Below the pieces are notes generated by a model. The model had not been told where the DNA came from and ran no database searches. It saw only the letters and a list, made by a program, of their open reading frames with translations. Made by a program: the position numbers and the translations under genes. Shown in pieces: positions 36,339-51,256 of a stretch of 64,000 nucleotides of DNA. The DNA is taken from positions 1,791,704 through 1,855,703 of the forward strand of contig NW_019091357.1 of assembly GCF_001949145.1 (NCBI RefSeq). Direction: 5' to 3'. Every line of letters starts with the position of its first letter. Position 1 is the stretch's first letter. This DNA comes from Acanthaster planci. Lineage: Eukaryota.

Positions 36339-39300
36339 TTTCAAAACCGAGCCCGCTGCAATTCAGCGTATCAGAGGGGCGTTCAAAGACCAAATTTGAG
36401 TCGGGGAAGACCAGAGAGAAAGAACATCAGCCAAACCGCGTTTTCCAACCGCACGGTAATAATATTGTCATGACACTGCACTTCCCTGCTTTTCTCTACC
36501 TTTCTCGGCGTTAATTGTCTTATTCTAGCGCAAGTCCTCTTAGACTCAATATCAGACGGTCAGGCGCTTTCCCTCCAATTTTATAAATGATGATAAACTG
36601 CTTGGAAAAAGCAGAAGTAAGACAACGAAGTCCTTGGCCCTGAACTGCTATAACGCCATGATGCAGGTTACTATCAGGGAGATGCGTTAGGTTTCGGTCC
36701 TCAGACCAGAAAATAACCCATCGGGCATGTTTGCACGGATAATATTCTGGACTGGCTAGCGATTGGTTGGAAAATCTGCGTGGAAATACAATTACACACT
36801 TTTCAGGGTCGGCTGTACCAGTTTAACTACGTCGTTCGGGAAAAAGTTTAACTATGAAACCAAATTGATTCACGACATTTCAATCAGACGTATGTAACCA
36901 CTGTAAAATAAAGCCCATGTGCTGCAATGTTTTGATGAATCGATTCAGAATTTGTATAAGGAATTGTTCTTTTACATGACACGCATTTCAGCAAAAGTAA
37001 GCCACGTCACTGACGTGCTACATTTAAAGCTTTGTTTTAATAAATTGGTTCGCTACAACAGCTGTGACAGAGGATGCTGCTCTTTCTTTCTGTTTCTAGA
37101 AAAGGAAATTACCCTTACCAGCGCCCGTAGTGGGTTACCAGTGAAACACGCTGTCCCCTTGAGGGTGATCTATCCCTGAGAAAAGTGACACGTCTTGTCT
37201 GGCTCCCTGACTACAGATCCCCCAACGACTCTTGATAAAATCTTAAGCCACGTATCGCCCACAGATATAAATAGATCAAGACGTAGATTTCACAGGTCAC
37301 AAGGAAAGCCCTCGGCCGGCTGGATCCTATGTTTTAGATGCACCATTCCTCTATGGATGGACATACATGTACATGCAGGAAATGCAAAATATGTGCAGAA
37401 AGAGAGCAACACTGTGTTGCATGTGAGCACTAAGCAAAAGCAAAATTGTATCTGCAGGGAGAGGTGGGAAAAGGAAGATATTGTATGCCCTTCTGAAACC
37501 TTTTTTTGCGGGGGACGGGACAAGATCGGAATATTTCGGCTATTTTCGGAAACGGGAGGAATTCATCCGGTGTGGGTCATGCGGGCATTGGGTGATATCG
37601 GAGGGTGCACCCACATACAGTATATACCCCAGAAATATGTCCGCCAAACTCATTAATAAAAGTTATACGCTCAAAATATTCTATATAAGGCAGTCCAGAG
37701 AGCCACGAAATTGACGAATTGTAGAAATGATATGGCGCTGAACCTCTGGGCCGGACTCAGGGCTTCTAATTCTGAGTAATTTGGGTGCAATCGGGTCTGA
37801 AAGTGGCACTATTTAGCCGTTTTGCAGAGGGATGGTTTTTCAAAATGGCTACTTTTCTGGTCAGGGACATTTTCTTCATTTTACAGGTGGTCTGCTCTGG
37901 GTGAAAATTTCTCAAAATTTCATTGGTCAACCCCCCCCCCAAAAAAATTGAAAGGAATATGAAAGGGGACATGTCGAACATCGTTTTTCTGTGCAGCCTG
38001 AACACCTGTGAGAGTTGCATTTTGAAATATTTGTGAAGTACGGGAATTTATCCCTGTTTTATAAATTATATGGGAATTTATTTGCTGTGGAGCACCCTGC
38101 GGACCCTTGATTCGACGAGAATAGTCGGAATCATTGGGTCTGGTATCCAGACTAGGCCACATCGAAAGTAATGTATAGGCCTAGGCTTGGCGCAACTCTG
38201 GAGATTTATGCAAATGTAGCAAGGGCGTCGCGGGGGAATGGAAGCATTGGTGCCGCTTAGCGGTATATAGCTTCAATGTGCCCACCTTACCAACCCATGT
38301 CCATGCGATTCAGACCTGGCTCGCAATTCCAAATGTCATCATTATGCGAAGTGAGGATATGATTTACAGCTTGCTGAACCATACCAGTGACGCCTATTAC
38401 TGTTCACTCAACCACTCCCGATTAATTTCCTTCTTTTATTTCTGCACAGTTTGCTCCAATAATAAAGGCAACGGCAAATAACATTTGTCAGTTTGTAGGT
38501 ATGGCTGAAGCGAATGATATAAAAATGGTGATTTCACCAGGCGTGTCTGAGAAAGTCCTGGATTTTCCCGAATCATCCAGTCGCAGTGCGGAGTCAGAAG
38601 GCAGGTCTGAAAATATACCCCCAAATATTTGGTAAACGTACAGTTATATTTCAGAACATGTGTAACTATAGAAATGACAACGGCAGAAAAATGCAATAAT
38701 AACATACTAAAATTTCATAATACAAACTTGATTTTCTAACAATAAAAATCAAGTGCTACATTGGCTCTGATTTAAGTGAAAACTCACAGTGAAAAATGCT
38801 CCCCAGGTTCCAAATAAGAGAAATGTCACGTTGGAGAGTTACAAATCAGGTTGGAACAGGGAAAAAGACTTTCAATTTTTTTTTTAATTGACGAAAATAA
38901 CATTTCCTTCAGCTTGCAACAATAATACTGCTGTAGATCTTTTTAAGTATTGAGGTACAAATGGGTAATTTAATTAATCTCCGCGTAACATATGCACTAC
39001 CCTTTTATTCTTCAAAATGTGTGAGATGTCATGACAGCCACATTGACACCCTGAAAAAACTCTTAGTTATATGTATCTCTTATTTGATGCTATAAAATAT
39101 CTCTTTTTTCACTTTAAATTCATGTTCAGAACAGTTTCAATTAATTTATATTCATCACATTATCTACTGTTATTTACAATTTTTTGATGCAAGTTCAAAA
39201 TTTGAAATCTGAAGGCACAGAACCACATTTCACACAGAAATTGAATGTAATTGGAAACTATGTCCAGATCTGTTGACAGTGTCATGTAAAACCTTTAATC

Positions 39301-39707
39301 ATCAGAACAATCTAAAATAAGACTACAGTGTCAGAGTCATAAAAGCTCGATGGGTAAATTCTGGATAAAATTCATTACATATTTATGAAAAAAAGGTAAA
39401 ATTCTGTACAATGAGGTAAGACTCCAAATTCCTGTGGCACAAAAAAAATAATGTTGACATACAATGTCTTTACAAATTTCACACACATGAAGTTTAATGC
39501 ACGTCTCCCTCGTAACTCCCCCCTCCCAATAGCTACACCCAACTCTCACACCAAGACCACCCCATCCCACACCCCATCCCACATCTTCCCAAAAGAGAAG
39601 ACGCCGCAGGTGGTAAGTGATTCATTGACCAATCCTCACTCAGGATGACTGCAAACTTACAGGTACAGGTAATAACTGGCAACTGCGAAAACAATGTAAG
39701 CTACTGC

Positions 39708-40110
39708 ATGCCAATCGAGGGATCCCAATACGACCCTTTTAGCATCGATCTGCGCACTTCCGCGTTTGAAAACGAGGCTGTATGTGCCAGCTTCAATTCT
39801 TAATACTATCAGACGATTGAAAGTAAGGAGTCAAGACACAAAATACATAAAGGTATGTTAAATTCAGACTTTTCCGGCTGCATATATTTGTCGAAGACTC
39901 TTTCAGGATGACTTGACATGTAATATCAAAAGAAAAAAACGGTAATTTACCGCGAACTAACATACCTGCGATGGTCGTGTCTCTGAATGTGCAGTGGATG
40001 TAGTTTAAACTGAAGTGGAGTCACGTCACACAAACTGGATAGTGCATGTACTGTGTGGACTCCGCGGGCGCGCGCGACGAAGTTCAACACAGAGAGCCTG
40101 GGTTTCGATG
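39708..40110. repeat. Dispersed ~400-bp repeat, copy 2
   Basis: Direct match to 21612-22015. Confidence 0.8.
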
Positions 40111-40843
40111 CGGATACGCGCAGACGGCGCTAATGTGAAATCCCTCTTTACACGGTGGTCCTACTACATGTACATGCATGCACCTGCAAGCAACAAACGT
40201 ACACCATCACTGGCTTATCCTGAACAATGAGCAATGCCCGGATTGGTCAACAGAATCAATGTTTACATGAATACTTCTGGTCCTTGTTTACCCAACAAGA
40301 AAAAATACCTTCCTACGTTAGAAAAAAAAAGTGCCTGCGTGGTACTCTATCTAATTCGGGGGGAGGGAGCTTTTGTAAAAGGCACCTTTGCAGCAATCCA
40401 TTTTGAATGATGAAAAGAAAAACCTGAAAAAAAGAGTACCCAGATAAACTGTAAGAGTGTCTTAAAAATCTTACATTTTCCTCAACATAGCAAGAAATAT
40501 CTTACCCACATTTCACAATGTTGGAAAGCGGACATTTTTACTCGGCAATTCAACATGGTGGGAATAAACAGGAAAAATCAATGTTCGGCCCCCTATGAAA
40601 ACAAGCCAGGAACTAGCCAACTGGACATATCACCTCTTGACGTGCAAGTTCTTTCTGCACACGCAAAGTGGCTGATGATCCTCACCAATTAGGCCTCTTG
40701 TGGTTCCTTCGTCCCAGTACTGTTGCAAGAGCTAGTCAAATGTAAGCAATAACATCATCCAGAGATGATACTGCGAGTTGTTTGATCGGCATGTCTAAAA
40801 CCATGGAGGAGGGGACTGGGGTTTGCTTCTGCCCACTATTACT

Positions 40844-43800
40844 TCAGTGTTGGCTTGCTTGGTGTCTGGGGACCAGAACATCCATGGTCAGTTGCTGGGG
40901 GTTGCGCAGGATGATGTGAGCCACTTCTACGTGATCCTTATTCAGGACGTACTCGCCGTTGACAAAATAAAGAAACTGTCCAATCTGATGACAAAATGTT
41001 CACAAAGGGGAAGAGATAAGAGGACTGTGCTTTACAGAGTGCTTCCTCCTAGAAAAACAAGCTGTCGGATGTACTCGTTGCATGAGTGGAATTGATAAGG
41101 CTGGATTTCAAGAACACGGACTCTGTAGTGTCACATCAGCCATACTGCTGCGCTTCGACGCGGTGCTGTAGTCGAGACTATCGCAAGACCAGTCACGAGG
41201 AGCAGGGTAAACAGAGCCTGAGGAATGCTTTTGTTGCAACGTATTAGGAATAGCTTACATTTGAATTCAGACTGGAGGTCTTGCATTGGTCTGGTGGGGT
41301 TTTCTGATAGTCTAGAGAGGTCTTGACTACAACACTACGTTTATGCATGAACCCATTCCAATCCATCAGTTATTGCATTGCCTCAGACAGCCTTGTCTGA
41401 CACTCACTCGACTGTCCCAATCCCCTGAAAATGTATAGTTGTACAGATTAATGAGCGAATGAATTACAGTGTAATTCAATGGAATGCAAGAGCAAATGGA
41501 TTGTAGGGCATTCGGCTTTCTTCCGACAAAAACTGGTCCTCAAACGTTAAGCCTTTAGACTGAACAGGTCGGACTGAATTAAGGTTGCCTGTAAAAGTTG
41601 ACGCATTGGCTGCAACAACTTTATATAGACACTTGCAACAATTCAGACACAGGTTAACCTTGAGTTCTAATGACAGGTCTCACCTTGATATAGCTCCCAT
41701 CTATGCAGGACAGAAATGGACAGAAATACAGTGACAAGGGATTCCTGACTTTTTCTGGATGCCTACCTTGAGGCCAGCCTTTGCTGCAGGTCCGCTGGGG
41801 TCGACGGTCTGCACATAGGAAGGGCCGTCGCCACGGATGACAAATCCAAAGCCGACGGAATCACCCAGAATCTGAGACAAATAACCCCTAAGTGCTTTTA
41901 GAGATGTGACAGTTCAAGACCACAGTTAACATGGCTGTGCGGCTAGATGAAGATCCACGAGTACCAGTCAACCCTCAATTCCCTAGGTCCTCCAAAATCC
42001 GCCGCCAGGCCTTGGAGGATTTTGCAGCGCTGGGAAATGTAGAGCACAGCCACCACGATGCAACAGTGTACTTGATGCCCCTTGAATGTGTGGAACACAA
42101 AGAATCCACCACGGTTTTTCTTGAAAGGTGGAGGACTTTGATTCAGAATGAAAGGTGCCGTACCCGGCAAAATGCTAACAAAGCTTCAAGCTTCTTTTAA
42201 TAGCAAACAGGCAGTATGACCAAAAACAAATTCTCTGCTTACCTGAAGGGTCTGTCTCCTGCAAGACTCATCTGGGTTCTTCAGCTCTTCTGCGGTTGGA
42301 CTCTGGCTAAACCTGACCGCGCCTGACCCATGCGAGTCCTGAAACCTTGAGCCGGACAGATCCTCGTTATCAGATTCTGACATGAGGTTCTGGCTCTCTT
42401 CCTGCTCCGGGGAACCGATCTGGAATTTCGGACGGCTGTCGGCAGCAGTGGCATCTGGCATCTGGGGGGATTTCGGTGGGACAGGTGGGATGGGCTGGCA
42501 AGGTGAGGCCAGCTTCTGCTTCTGAGAAAACATACTGGAGTCCAGCGAGAGGCTTCGGGGTCGCTCGTGAATGTCCAAGAGGTCAATGACCTTCAGCTGA
42601 CTGAGATCAGGATGAAAGACATACAGGAGTCTTTCATCTTTGAAGTGATGCTCGTTGGTTACTAAGAGAGGACAAAAACCACATCACTTTTTTGTACGAA
42701 AATTAGAGAATCGATGGACAGGTGAACTGTGGACCACTGCACTGGACTTTGTAAAACTACATGAGAATTCAGAAACAACACTTGACAACAGGAGAACTTT
42801 GCTTTCTCGGAGAGATGAAACTTTACTACAGTCTTGGTCTATAGAGCAGGCCACCCATAACAAAGTAAGCTTGTCATTCATACCTCAGTAGAGCTTTGAA
42901 TTAATCAGTGTCTCTAGCTCCAACTCCGATAGGTAACGAGCAGAGGTACTCACCATGTTGGATGAGTCTGAGCTCCAGGAGGTCCTTGCCCAAGCCGATG
43001 GCTTCTTGTCTGGTGGAGCACTTGTTGCTCTTCACCAACCAGTTCACCAGCTGGGCACCGTGAAAACTCTGTTGGGGTAATCGAGTGGGAAATCCACTTT
43101 AGCAAGCCTGATTACAAATAGGACAGCCGTAATAGTAGAACTGCAAGAGAACGAGGGGTTGGAGCGAGAAAAACAAAAACGAGGGGATGGTTTTCGGCAT
43201 TGGAAAGCAAAGCACAACGAGAAGATGGCTTGAAAAACAAATGGCTAACTAGTGAGTACACGGCAAAAGGAAAACAGCAATATTTAACAATCAGGGGAGC
43301 TTTTCAATAGCATTAGCCTCCCTGGATCCTCAAGCAGGCCCTGGGGTTACACACATTTAAATTCAGGAATACGCACCGTCCCAACTGAGAACAGCCTGGG
43401 AATGCCTTATGTTCCTAATTGGGTTCTGCCCTGTGTTAGTTACAGGTCACTAGACACTGTACACTAGTTACAGTGTTTGCAGTTGGGCATACTCGGAGAG
43501 CATCAGTCCATCCATTTCAAAATATGAAGACCTCACCTGAATCCCTAAATCCCAGCTCAAAAAAGCAGTAATATACCTAAAGCACATTTTTTTCCTCAAA
43601 TAATAGAACCGCTAAAGGTTTTATTGATGACTCAAAAATATTCACCCAGCACCCAGGTCTCCTGTTCCCTGAGAGGCCATACCTTGTTAAAGCCGATAAG
43701 CCTTTTGCGAGTTAAATTTGAATAAAATCTGGTTACATCGAGTTCATAAAATTCACGTGAACATACCAGTTTGAATTCTTCATACTAAAGACACTGTTGC

Positions 43801-44830
43801 TATACCTCGTGATTCAGGGCAAGCTTTTGCTTTGTTCCATACCAGACGCCTTGCACCAATACACTTTTCTCAATGGTTAAGAAGGGCACAAAGGAACCAG
43901 TCCATTCCAGAGATGGTGGTCGCTACGCGAAAGCTTGCCCCGGTTCAAGAGGTATAGCAACAGTGTCTTTAGTCTGGGGAGTTCAAATTGTTATGTTTAT
44001 GTGCATTCAGGTAACTCAATGTACCAGATTTTATTCAGGTTTCACTCGCAAAATGCTTATTCTAACTCAGTATCCACAATAAGATTTTGGCCACTCATCT
44101 CTGTAGCTAGTACATACCTTGTCGTACATGACGCCTGACTCGTTATGCAGTTTCAGTACCGAACTGTTGCCAAGAAGTGTCTGTCTGGAAAGGCAACAAG
44201 AGGTAACAAATGAAAAACGAAAAAACTGATTATTTTTTCCTTCATTTTTCCTTCCAAATGTACAACTGCAGTCTACACGACATACGTGCATGGCCCTGGC
44301 TAGGGTTTTCCCTTGGCTACCAATATGTTTGAGAAGGCAAGGAAAGGAAGATGGCTCACTCATGATACAGTTGATGACCCTTAATGTACAGCTCCGTCTC
44401 CCTGCTCAGGGGAAGCGTACCATCATCCACTCGGAATCGGTAGAACAGGTATGTGTCCTTAAACTGGTGGTCGTCACACACTGACAGAATGATAAAATCA
44501 AAATAGGCATTGAACAGATGTTCCAAAAAACGTAGCCTTGGCCAATATTCCCTTAGGGTCGGAGTAGTTTTAGTTATAATAGATAAGGTTTAAAGACGAC
44601 TACGTTTCTTGTTTTTTCTGAACTCCGGACAAAGTGTGTTATTACCATGGTGGATTACGTTATGGCGCTGCAATACATTCAGCATCAGTGCTGCTGTTGA
44701 TCTGTCTTTGACGCCTGCGTGCTTGATCAGCCGATCAACGGCTTCGCTACCCACAAAGCATTTTGGGTACATCCGGAGGTGGTAACGTCGGTCTTTGACC
44801 ATAGGTGGACGGCAGTTGTGAAAAGTCAGT
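40844..44830 (-). CDS. DEPTOR: DEP domain-containing mTOR-interacting protein (DEP-DEP-Ser-rich linker-PDZ); first coding exon not resolved
   Basis: Exons 44830-44646, 44480-44360, 44184-44118, 43068-42954, 42661-42243, 41871-41767, 40984-40844, frame-consistent. VKDRRYHLRMYPKCFVGSE, HHVCDDHQFKDTYLFYRFRVDDGTLPL, SFHGAQLVNWLV, PTAEELKNP, ILGDSVGFGFVIRGDGPSYVQTVDPSGPAAKAGLKIGQFLYFVNG. Confidence 0.92.
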
Positions 44831-47800
44831 CTGAGCCATAAACAAGAAAGGAAAAAATAAATGTGTACATGTGCACCACTCAGTGGAAACTTTGCGCTGT
44901 GACATCATTACCTGTACAAGGCGCAATTTCATAAAGTTGTTTTAATTAAGGAAAAAATATACTGATCGTCAAGCAGACCATTAACAGGGATGAGGACTAT
45001 CATGGTACATGGAGGTGCTTAAATAATAACGTAAGGATGATGAACACAGCAACTGACAGTGGTGGGATTTGAACCTGCTACCTCCAAAACACCGCAATGG
45101 TCTTTAAAAAGCCCTCTGCCGGTGCATGGTTGGTTTGATGACTCTTGTTTCAAAGCCGTTTCCTCTTGAGTGATCTCCCGTTCACCACTTCAGGGGTTTC
45201 AAATATATTTCTAATCTCAGTACCATGTTGTGGAGGTTGCAGCTTCAAATCCTCCTTCTGTCTATTCCTTTCTTCATCTTCATAATTCAAGATTCAAAAT
45301 ACCTTCTTGTCGAGTAAAAAAGTTTTCACACGAAATTTGCTCTCCCAGTGGTGCAGGAAATAAAATCAGAGTATATTTCATAAATGCAAAAAAATAAAAT
45401 TACCAAGTTCAAAGGCATTAATCAAAACCAGTTTCAAAAATGTTAAATTCAGTTACATTAGGTTACATTACAGATGGGTCATTTAGTAGTAAAAAAGCTA
45501 ACAATTTGGAAGAAGGGGGGGAACAGCAAAGACTTCGAACAAGGCGGAATAACAAAACATGAAATAGGGAAGAGAAAAATAAAACCAAAATAAAGAAATA
45601 CCGCTGAGCAAATTTCACAGCTGAGCAAAAGCCAGCAGGGAACCAGCCACCAGAACATGCAATTGCATGACATTTGGGCCAGGAACCAGTTACTGCCAAG
45701 CTAATAATAATTTCTGTTTGTCCAGCTTGTACCAAGATGGATATGTCCAAAGATTGAGAATGTGCCAAACGTTCTGGCAGCCACATTGGATTCTGATAAA
45801 TGGTAACTTCAGGACTCGGGGATAAAAATAAATTACTCTGATCCAGAGAAAAATCTTCAACAACAGTATTTTCCCCAAATGTTTGCAACTGTGCGTCTCA
45901 CTTGATCAAGTGGAAATCAATTTATTACCTTGAAGCTGTATATCAGTTCAAACAAATGACGTGTCCGTGTTCCTCGTTTTCTGGGAAGATGACGCCAACT
46001 GAATTGTTTTCTTATCTTCAATGTATCCAATAATATTCAAAAGCCCACTCAAGAATTACCTGCCCATTTAGCACAATGTCAACACATTCTGAAAGCTCTA
46101 CCCAACGAGTAAACATGGAGAGTTGGGAACAATGGGGACACGATGTCAGCTGATATGCCATTGCACGCTAGTACCAGCAAATGCCTTGAGCAAACTTGCG
46201 CAGTGAATATAAATCCACATTTCCATTTTTTTTACTTTGGCTTAAATTGTGTGCCTTTGGAACTGGATTGGTCCCTTCACTGTGCAAGCTTTGAATCCAA
46301 ACTTAATAGTAGGACTGACAAGTGTTTTGACTTCTGACAACTTCCCGACTTGACACTGCCACAAAATCTCTTCGAAAAGTCTGACAGACTGTGCATTTAT
46401 TTTGTCAGATCTGAATTTTTTTGTCAGTACAGGAAAGAAACATGTACACAGATTACATGTATTTCAAAGCCTGCATGTGAAAAAAAATGACCGTCTAATT
46501 GTATTTCTCAATCTGCATAATTAAGGGGTCTGTAACTTTTATCAATTTTGACAAATGAAACTTCATATGGGTAATTCCAGAAATTAGAGGTCCATTTTTT
46601 TGTGTCCGTGTCACATCTGACATGTAATTTTGTAAGTTCACAACACATTTTCTAATTCCCAAGATGATGAATGTAATAATGCAAATTACCTGCCAAAGAG
46701 ATAGTAACACATGTAGTTTGAAATTAATTCCGGTGATATTTCCAAGTCAAATCACAAAGGTCGGATGTAACAGGGACACAAAAATGTCACACTTTTGGAC
46801 TCCTAAATTTCGGAATTACCCAATATACGAGTACATACATGTATGTACAGACTTATGTATGTACATGTATATGTACATATTTCAGTATGAGATAGCACTG
46901 ACTGGAAGCAGTTTTGGCTCAGCCTACCGGCAGTTCCAGATTAAAGGTCACTTCAAACACCTGATTCCTAATAACCCCTGTGCACATATGGCTGGGCTTG
47001 ATCACTGATCTTTGAACTTGACGGGCTCTACTGTGACCTCACAGTTGTGACAGTATGGAGCTTGGAGTAAAGGGCAGCCCCTCCCCCAGGACAGCCCCTA
47101 GCTGTGTGTTTAGCTGTATAGCCTTGACCTATAAGATTGCACACAAAATGCTGAGTCACATTTGTGGATTGTACACACAGTTATAATAAGCTCAGTGTTG
47201 CAAGATACGTACAGGATAGCACACTTAATAAATGCATACAAGATCCACATAACCTTCAGTCTTAGATATACACGCAATTCTTTTTCCTGCTCAATTTCTC
47301 CGTATATTAGAGTCAAATTGAAATGACTCTCCAGGAGCAAATGACTACAATTAGGAACACACGTAACTGCATCCCAAAGCTTACAAGTCCCCATTTTCAT
47401 TATGCATTTACATGTATATACCTCCCCGATATTTTTTCATCTCTTGTGGACAATGTTGGCCTTGTGTTGAGGTTTCCTCCCTCTGGAATTTGATCCCCAA
47501 CTTGCCTCAGAGGTTTCAGTTTTGGGGGGTTCATTTAATTTAAAGCGAGGCTTTCTGAGTTGCACTTAATTAACGTACCACGACCTCACAACCTCACCTT
47601 GGTTCACTGCTCATCTGCACCGGAAACAGAAAAGCCCCAAGATGGCATGTACTGCATGATACAGAGTTGTTGAAGTAAAGTGACTTTAACACCAACCGGC
47701 TAATAATAGGTCACTTCCCCTCCCCTTTAAGTATTTTACTTTGATTGGGAAAATTGATAAGGTAGATGTACATCTAATTTACGCTCTGAGAATAATACAG

Positions 47801-49610
47801 CTTGATCAAAGTACTCTGATTATGCGGTGTTCCATGTACACGTACGTGTATTTACACACAAGTGCATGTACATGTATACTAATTGGTCGAGGGGCGCGCA
47901 CAAACACACCGTGAAGAGCAAACAATTCAAAAGTTCCCAGCTTCATCCTCCTTCTTCCACACTTTTTATTTTTCGGCAATCCTGTTGCTCCGTTGAATTG
48001 GATCCATCTTTCCCTGACTCTTTGGTGGCAAGTTCTCGTCTTCCGAACCTCAAGCAGAAAGGGCAAATTCACTGATTTATGCACAGCAGAAACGTGGCTC
48101 CGTTCAGGAAAAGTTGACATGATGCGTGCCATGCTTTCCCTACAAAGGCCCACTCAAAGTTAAGAGGCTGACATTTCTCTGGAATTTCAATTTTTTGGGT
48201 CATTAATTTCTTGTCAGAAATGACATCTCCAAAGTTTCAGATTTTCTGAAAAAATAAGGGTGGGAACTGACTTTAATTTGAAAAACGTTTAGAAAACTTT
48301 CCCATTACATTTAAACATTTCAACGTTTTGCCAACAGTTTACAGAGTTCGTCACTGCCTATCTTGGTGTTTCAAATTTAATGCATAAAAATGTATCGTTC
48401 AACAATGCACAGGGTCCAATCAATGTAAAAATGAAGATTGATCTTGGGGCACTTACATGTATAACAAACAATGTTTATAGTTTAGGAATCCATTTTTTTC
48501 TCAAAAAGTACATGGATGCGGAAAGGGAAAAGTGATCTAAGAATCAAATTACATTTTACATGCGCCACGCATGTTGGTTCACATACTGGTTCAAGAACTG
48601 GTTCACGTACAGGTTCTCACGCTGATGCCTTTACAAACATACATGTAATTGTGCACCTGAGGTACATATATGTACATGTATGTACAGCAGTACAGCTATA
48701 TCATGGATGGGCCAACATTCCTGAGTGGATTAACAGTCCAACCATTTACAGGGGCAGACACAACTCCATGGACAATAGGCTGTTATTCAAGCCAACAAAG
48801 AAATAGATAGCTATTGTCACATTGTCAGGCCAGCCCTGATAACTTGAATGGTCCCAGCCAGTTATATGCAGATGCAAAGGGCTCCCATGGACAGTTATAA
48901 TGGTAAAGGATTTTACTTCTTGGAAAGCATGGTGGACTTTCCCTGCAGCTGTAGGCTACAAACACAATGCAAACAAGGCAATTGACTGTGGAAGTATGTG
49001 TAAACATGTGCGGAGGCCAGTGTGATCAATTGATGCCAATGCACACTATGCACCTGTATGTACATGATGTATACATACAGGTGCGCTGGTGTAGCCTCAG
49101 TATTGTCAGCGCTGGCATTTGATTTGATTGTGTTCCAAAACAAAACACAAACAAAATGGCCTTGCTAGTTGAGAACTATGTCTTGACAATTAAAACAATG
49201 CACACAGAGGCAGTTTTCTCCTGGTAATCTTTACATCTTGCCTAGGGCTGTGCCGAATAACCGAATGATCGATCGATTATCGAAAACTTGAACATTATTT
49301 TTCGAATTTGAATATTTGAATAAAAAGTTCAATAAAAAAAAAGGCCAACAATACTCGACTTGAATTTTGATATTTTTAGAAGTCGAATTTTTAGAAACTG
49401 TGAAATGTTTTTACATGTAAATGGCCAGTTTGGCCAACCTGGCATTTCATTTATTAAAAAATTGACAAATCTGCAGTTTTATTTACTCAACCCACCTCAA
49501 TTTCTCACCAATAATGAGGATCTTGCCAAAGGCTTGGTTCCCCAAGGAAACAGTGGAGGATGACCTCAGAGGTTTAGGAACCGTCAGGCCGATCTGGCCA
49601 GTCGACTTAC

Positions 49611-49738
49611 GCTCGGCATGCTGCGCGGGCTCATTCCCAGACATCGCGGCGGCACACTGAACACCACAGTCTGCGTGTTTCCCCCTGCCGCTTCACATCC
49701 AACTTCCAGGTTGTGCACCTGACGAACTACAGATCCAG
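49611..49738 (-). other. Candidate upstream (5' UTR or first coding) exon of DEPTOR
   Basis: Pyrimidine-rich acceptor CTCTTTCTACAG and consensus donor GTAAGT around a GC-richer block containing ATG TCT GGG AAT GAG (MSGNEPAQHAE). Its phase does not join directly to 44830. Confidence 0.3.
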
Positions 49739-51256
49739 CTGTAGAAAGAGCACAGCACACATCTCCCACTTCCAGTATTCAAAACTGTGTCCTGGACATG
49801 AGATGCCCTCCTTTGCCGATTCCAGATCTTGAAATCTCTCGAAGATCTTCTCAAAGTTCGGGAGCTCCCAACATCAGAATGTTCCTGCTGGCAATGTCAC
49901 ATTTTACAAGCTTCTTCCCATTTCTTACAATATGGAGTACCCCACACAGTGCTTTTAACACCGTCAGAGTCGGCCAGTTTCACATTTTTTTTTCACGACC
50001 ACCACTGGTGACTGACGACCCACTCTGGCAGTTCTTGGAGCTATGCAGTTGTTTCCTACGGCAAACAATGCTGACTAGAGAGGGAAACAAGGTTTCAATT
50101 CCATTTCTCATCTACATGTATACAAGCATGCAAGAAACACAGCAGTTGAACATAACAACTACAGTCCAGGTCTATTCAGTAGATAACAGCAGGGTCCAAC
50201 GACCACATGGCTGATATCAACAAGATCGGTATAATCATTTGGAATAATATACATCTGGCTAATCATCACCTTTATCATCTACGAGAATCCAATATTTAAT
50301 TACTTACAAATAATGCAGAGTTACTACGCTTACAGCCTAAAATGCAAACAATTCCTCTGTTACAGTTCTACTCCAAATCCCAGACAAAAATAACAAAGCA
50401 GAAAATAACCCTGTTTTGGCACGTTTGATAAATGGAGGTACATACATGAACATCCAGAAATCCATATCATAAACACTAAAACAGTGCCCCTTGTGTCAAA
50501 TGATGTCAGAACTCCCCCCCCCCACCGTTCAAATTTCGATGACCGCGCAATATTGAATGAGGACTATCCCATTATTTTGGCTACCCCATCATGTCCATGC
50601 CATAACTCGCCCAATCCCCCTCCCAACACAAATTTACGCCACTGCCACTGGACAGTGACATACCGCAAGTGTACACTGCCGAGGTCTAGTCACACAAGCC
50701 ACGTTAATTGTTATAATTTGTAATGACGCCTAGCCTGCAGAAGGGGATTATTTATAATTATTGTCATGACTGTCGACTGCCGATAACATCACTGAACATG
50801 GATAAGGCTGAAAATGAAATGTCATGCACGGTTTGTTGGCCTACCGTATTCGGCTGCGCAGTCCGATGTCAGCTTCCAACTGCGGACAGGTTTCACAAAT
50901 CAAACTGTCCAGCCACAATCTGGCATGACCAGCCGGGGCTAAACCGTTAACAGCTGTGAAAGCTATAAATGCGATCAATGCGTTTATATCTCGAGCGCAG
51001 TGAATTGAAGTAGGCGAGATGTAATGCTAACTGCTTTGAGTATGATATCGCACCACACACCGTTATATCTCTGGGCCGGTTTACTGATTTGTTCCCAGAC
51101 GTTTATATGAGGATATTCACCTAAAGTGTACAGGGTAACCGACTAGCTAAACCACGTACACACGAACACTCGATGCATGATATGCAGTCGACTAGTATAG
51201 TATACTGTACTCACGAGCACGTGGTATACCGCCCTCTATCAGAGCAATAATAAATC

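Noticed and set aside
37195..37656. 153-aa ORF and the many other 60-170 aa ORFs outside the called exons
   Set aside because: No recognisable motifs or splice-consistent structure; many are antisense shadows of real exons or lie in repeats.
48575..48620. 12-bp tandem repeat (CTGGTTCACGTA-like, 4 units) reading GSHTGSRT in an ORF
   Set aside because: Short simple repeat upstream of the DEPTOR coding exons; no splice or homology support.
49243..49400. hAT-like element beginning TAGGGCTGTGCCGAAT
   Set aside because: Only one end visible; no matching TIR or TSD found.
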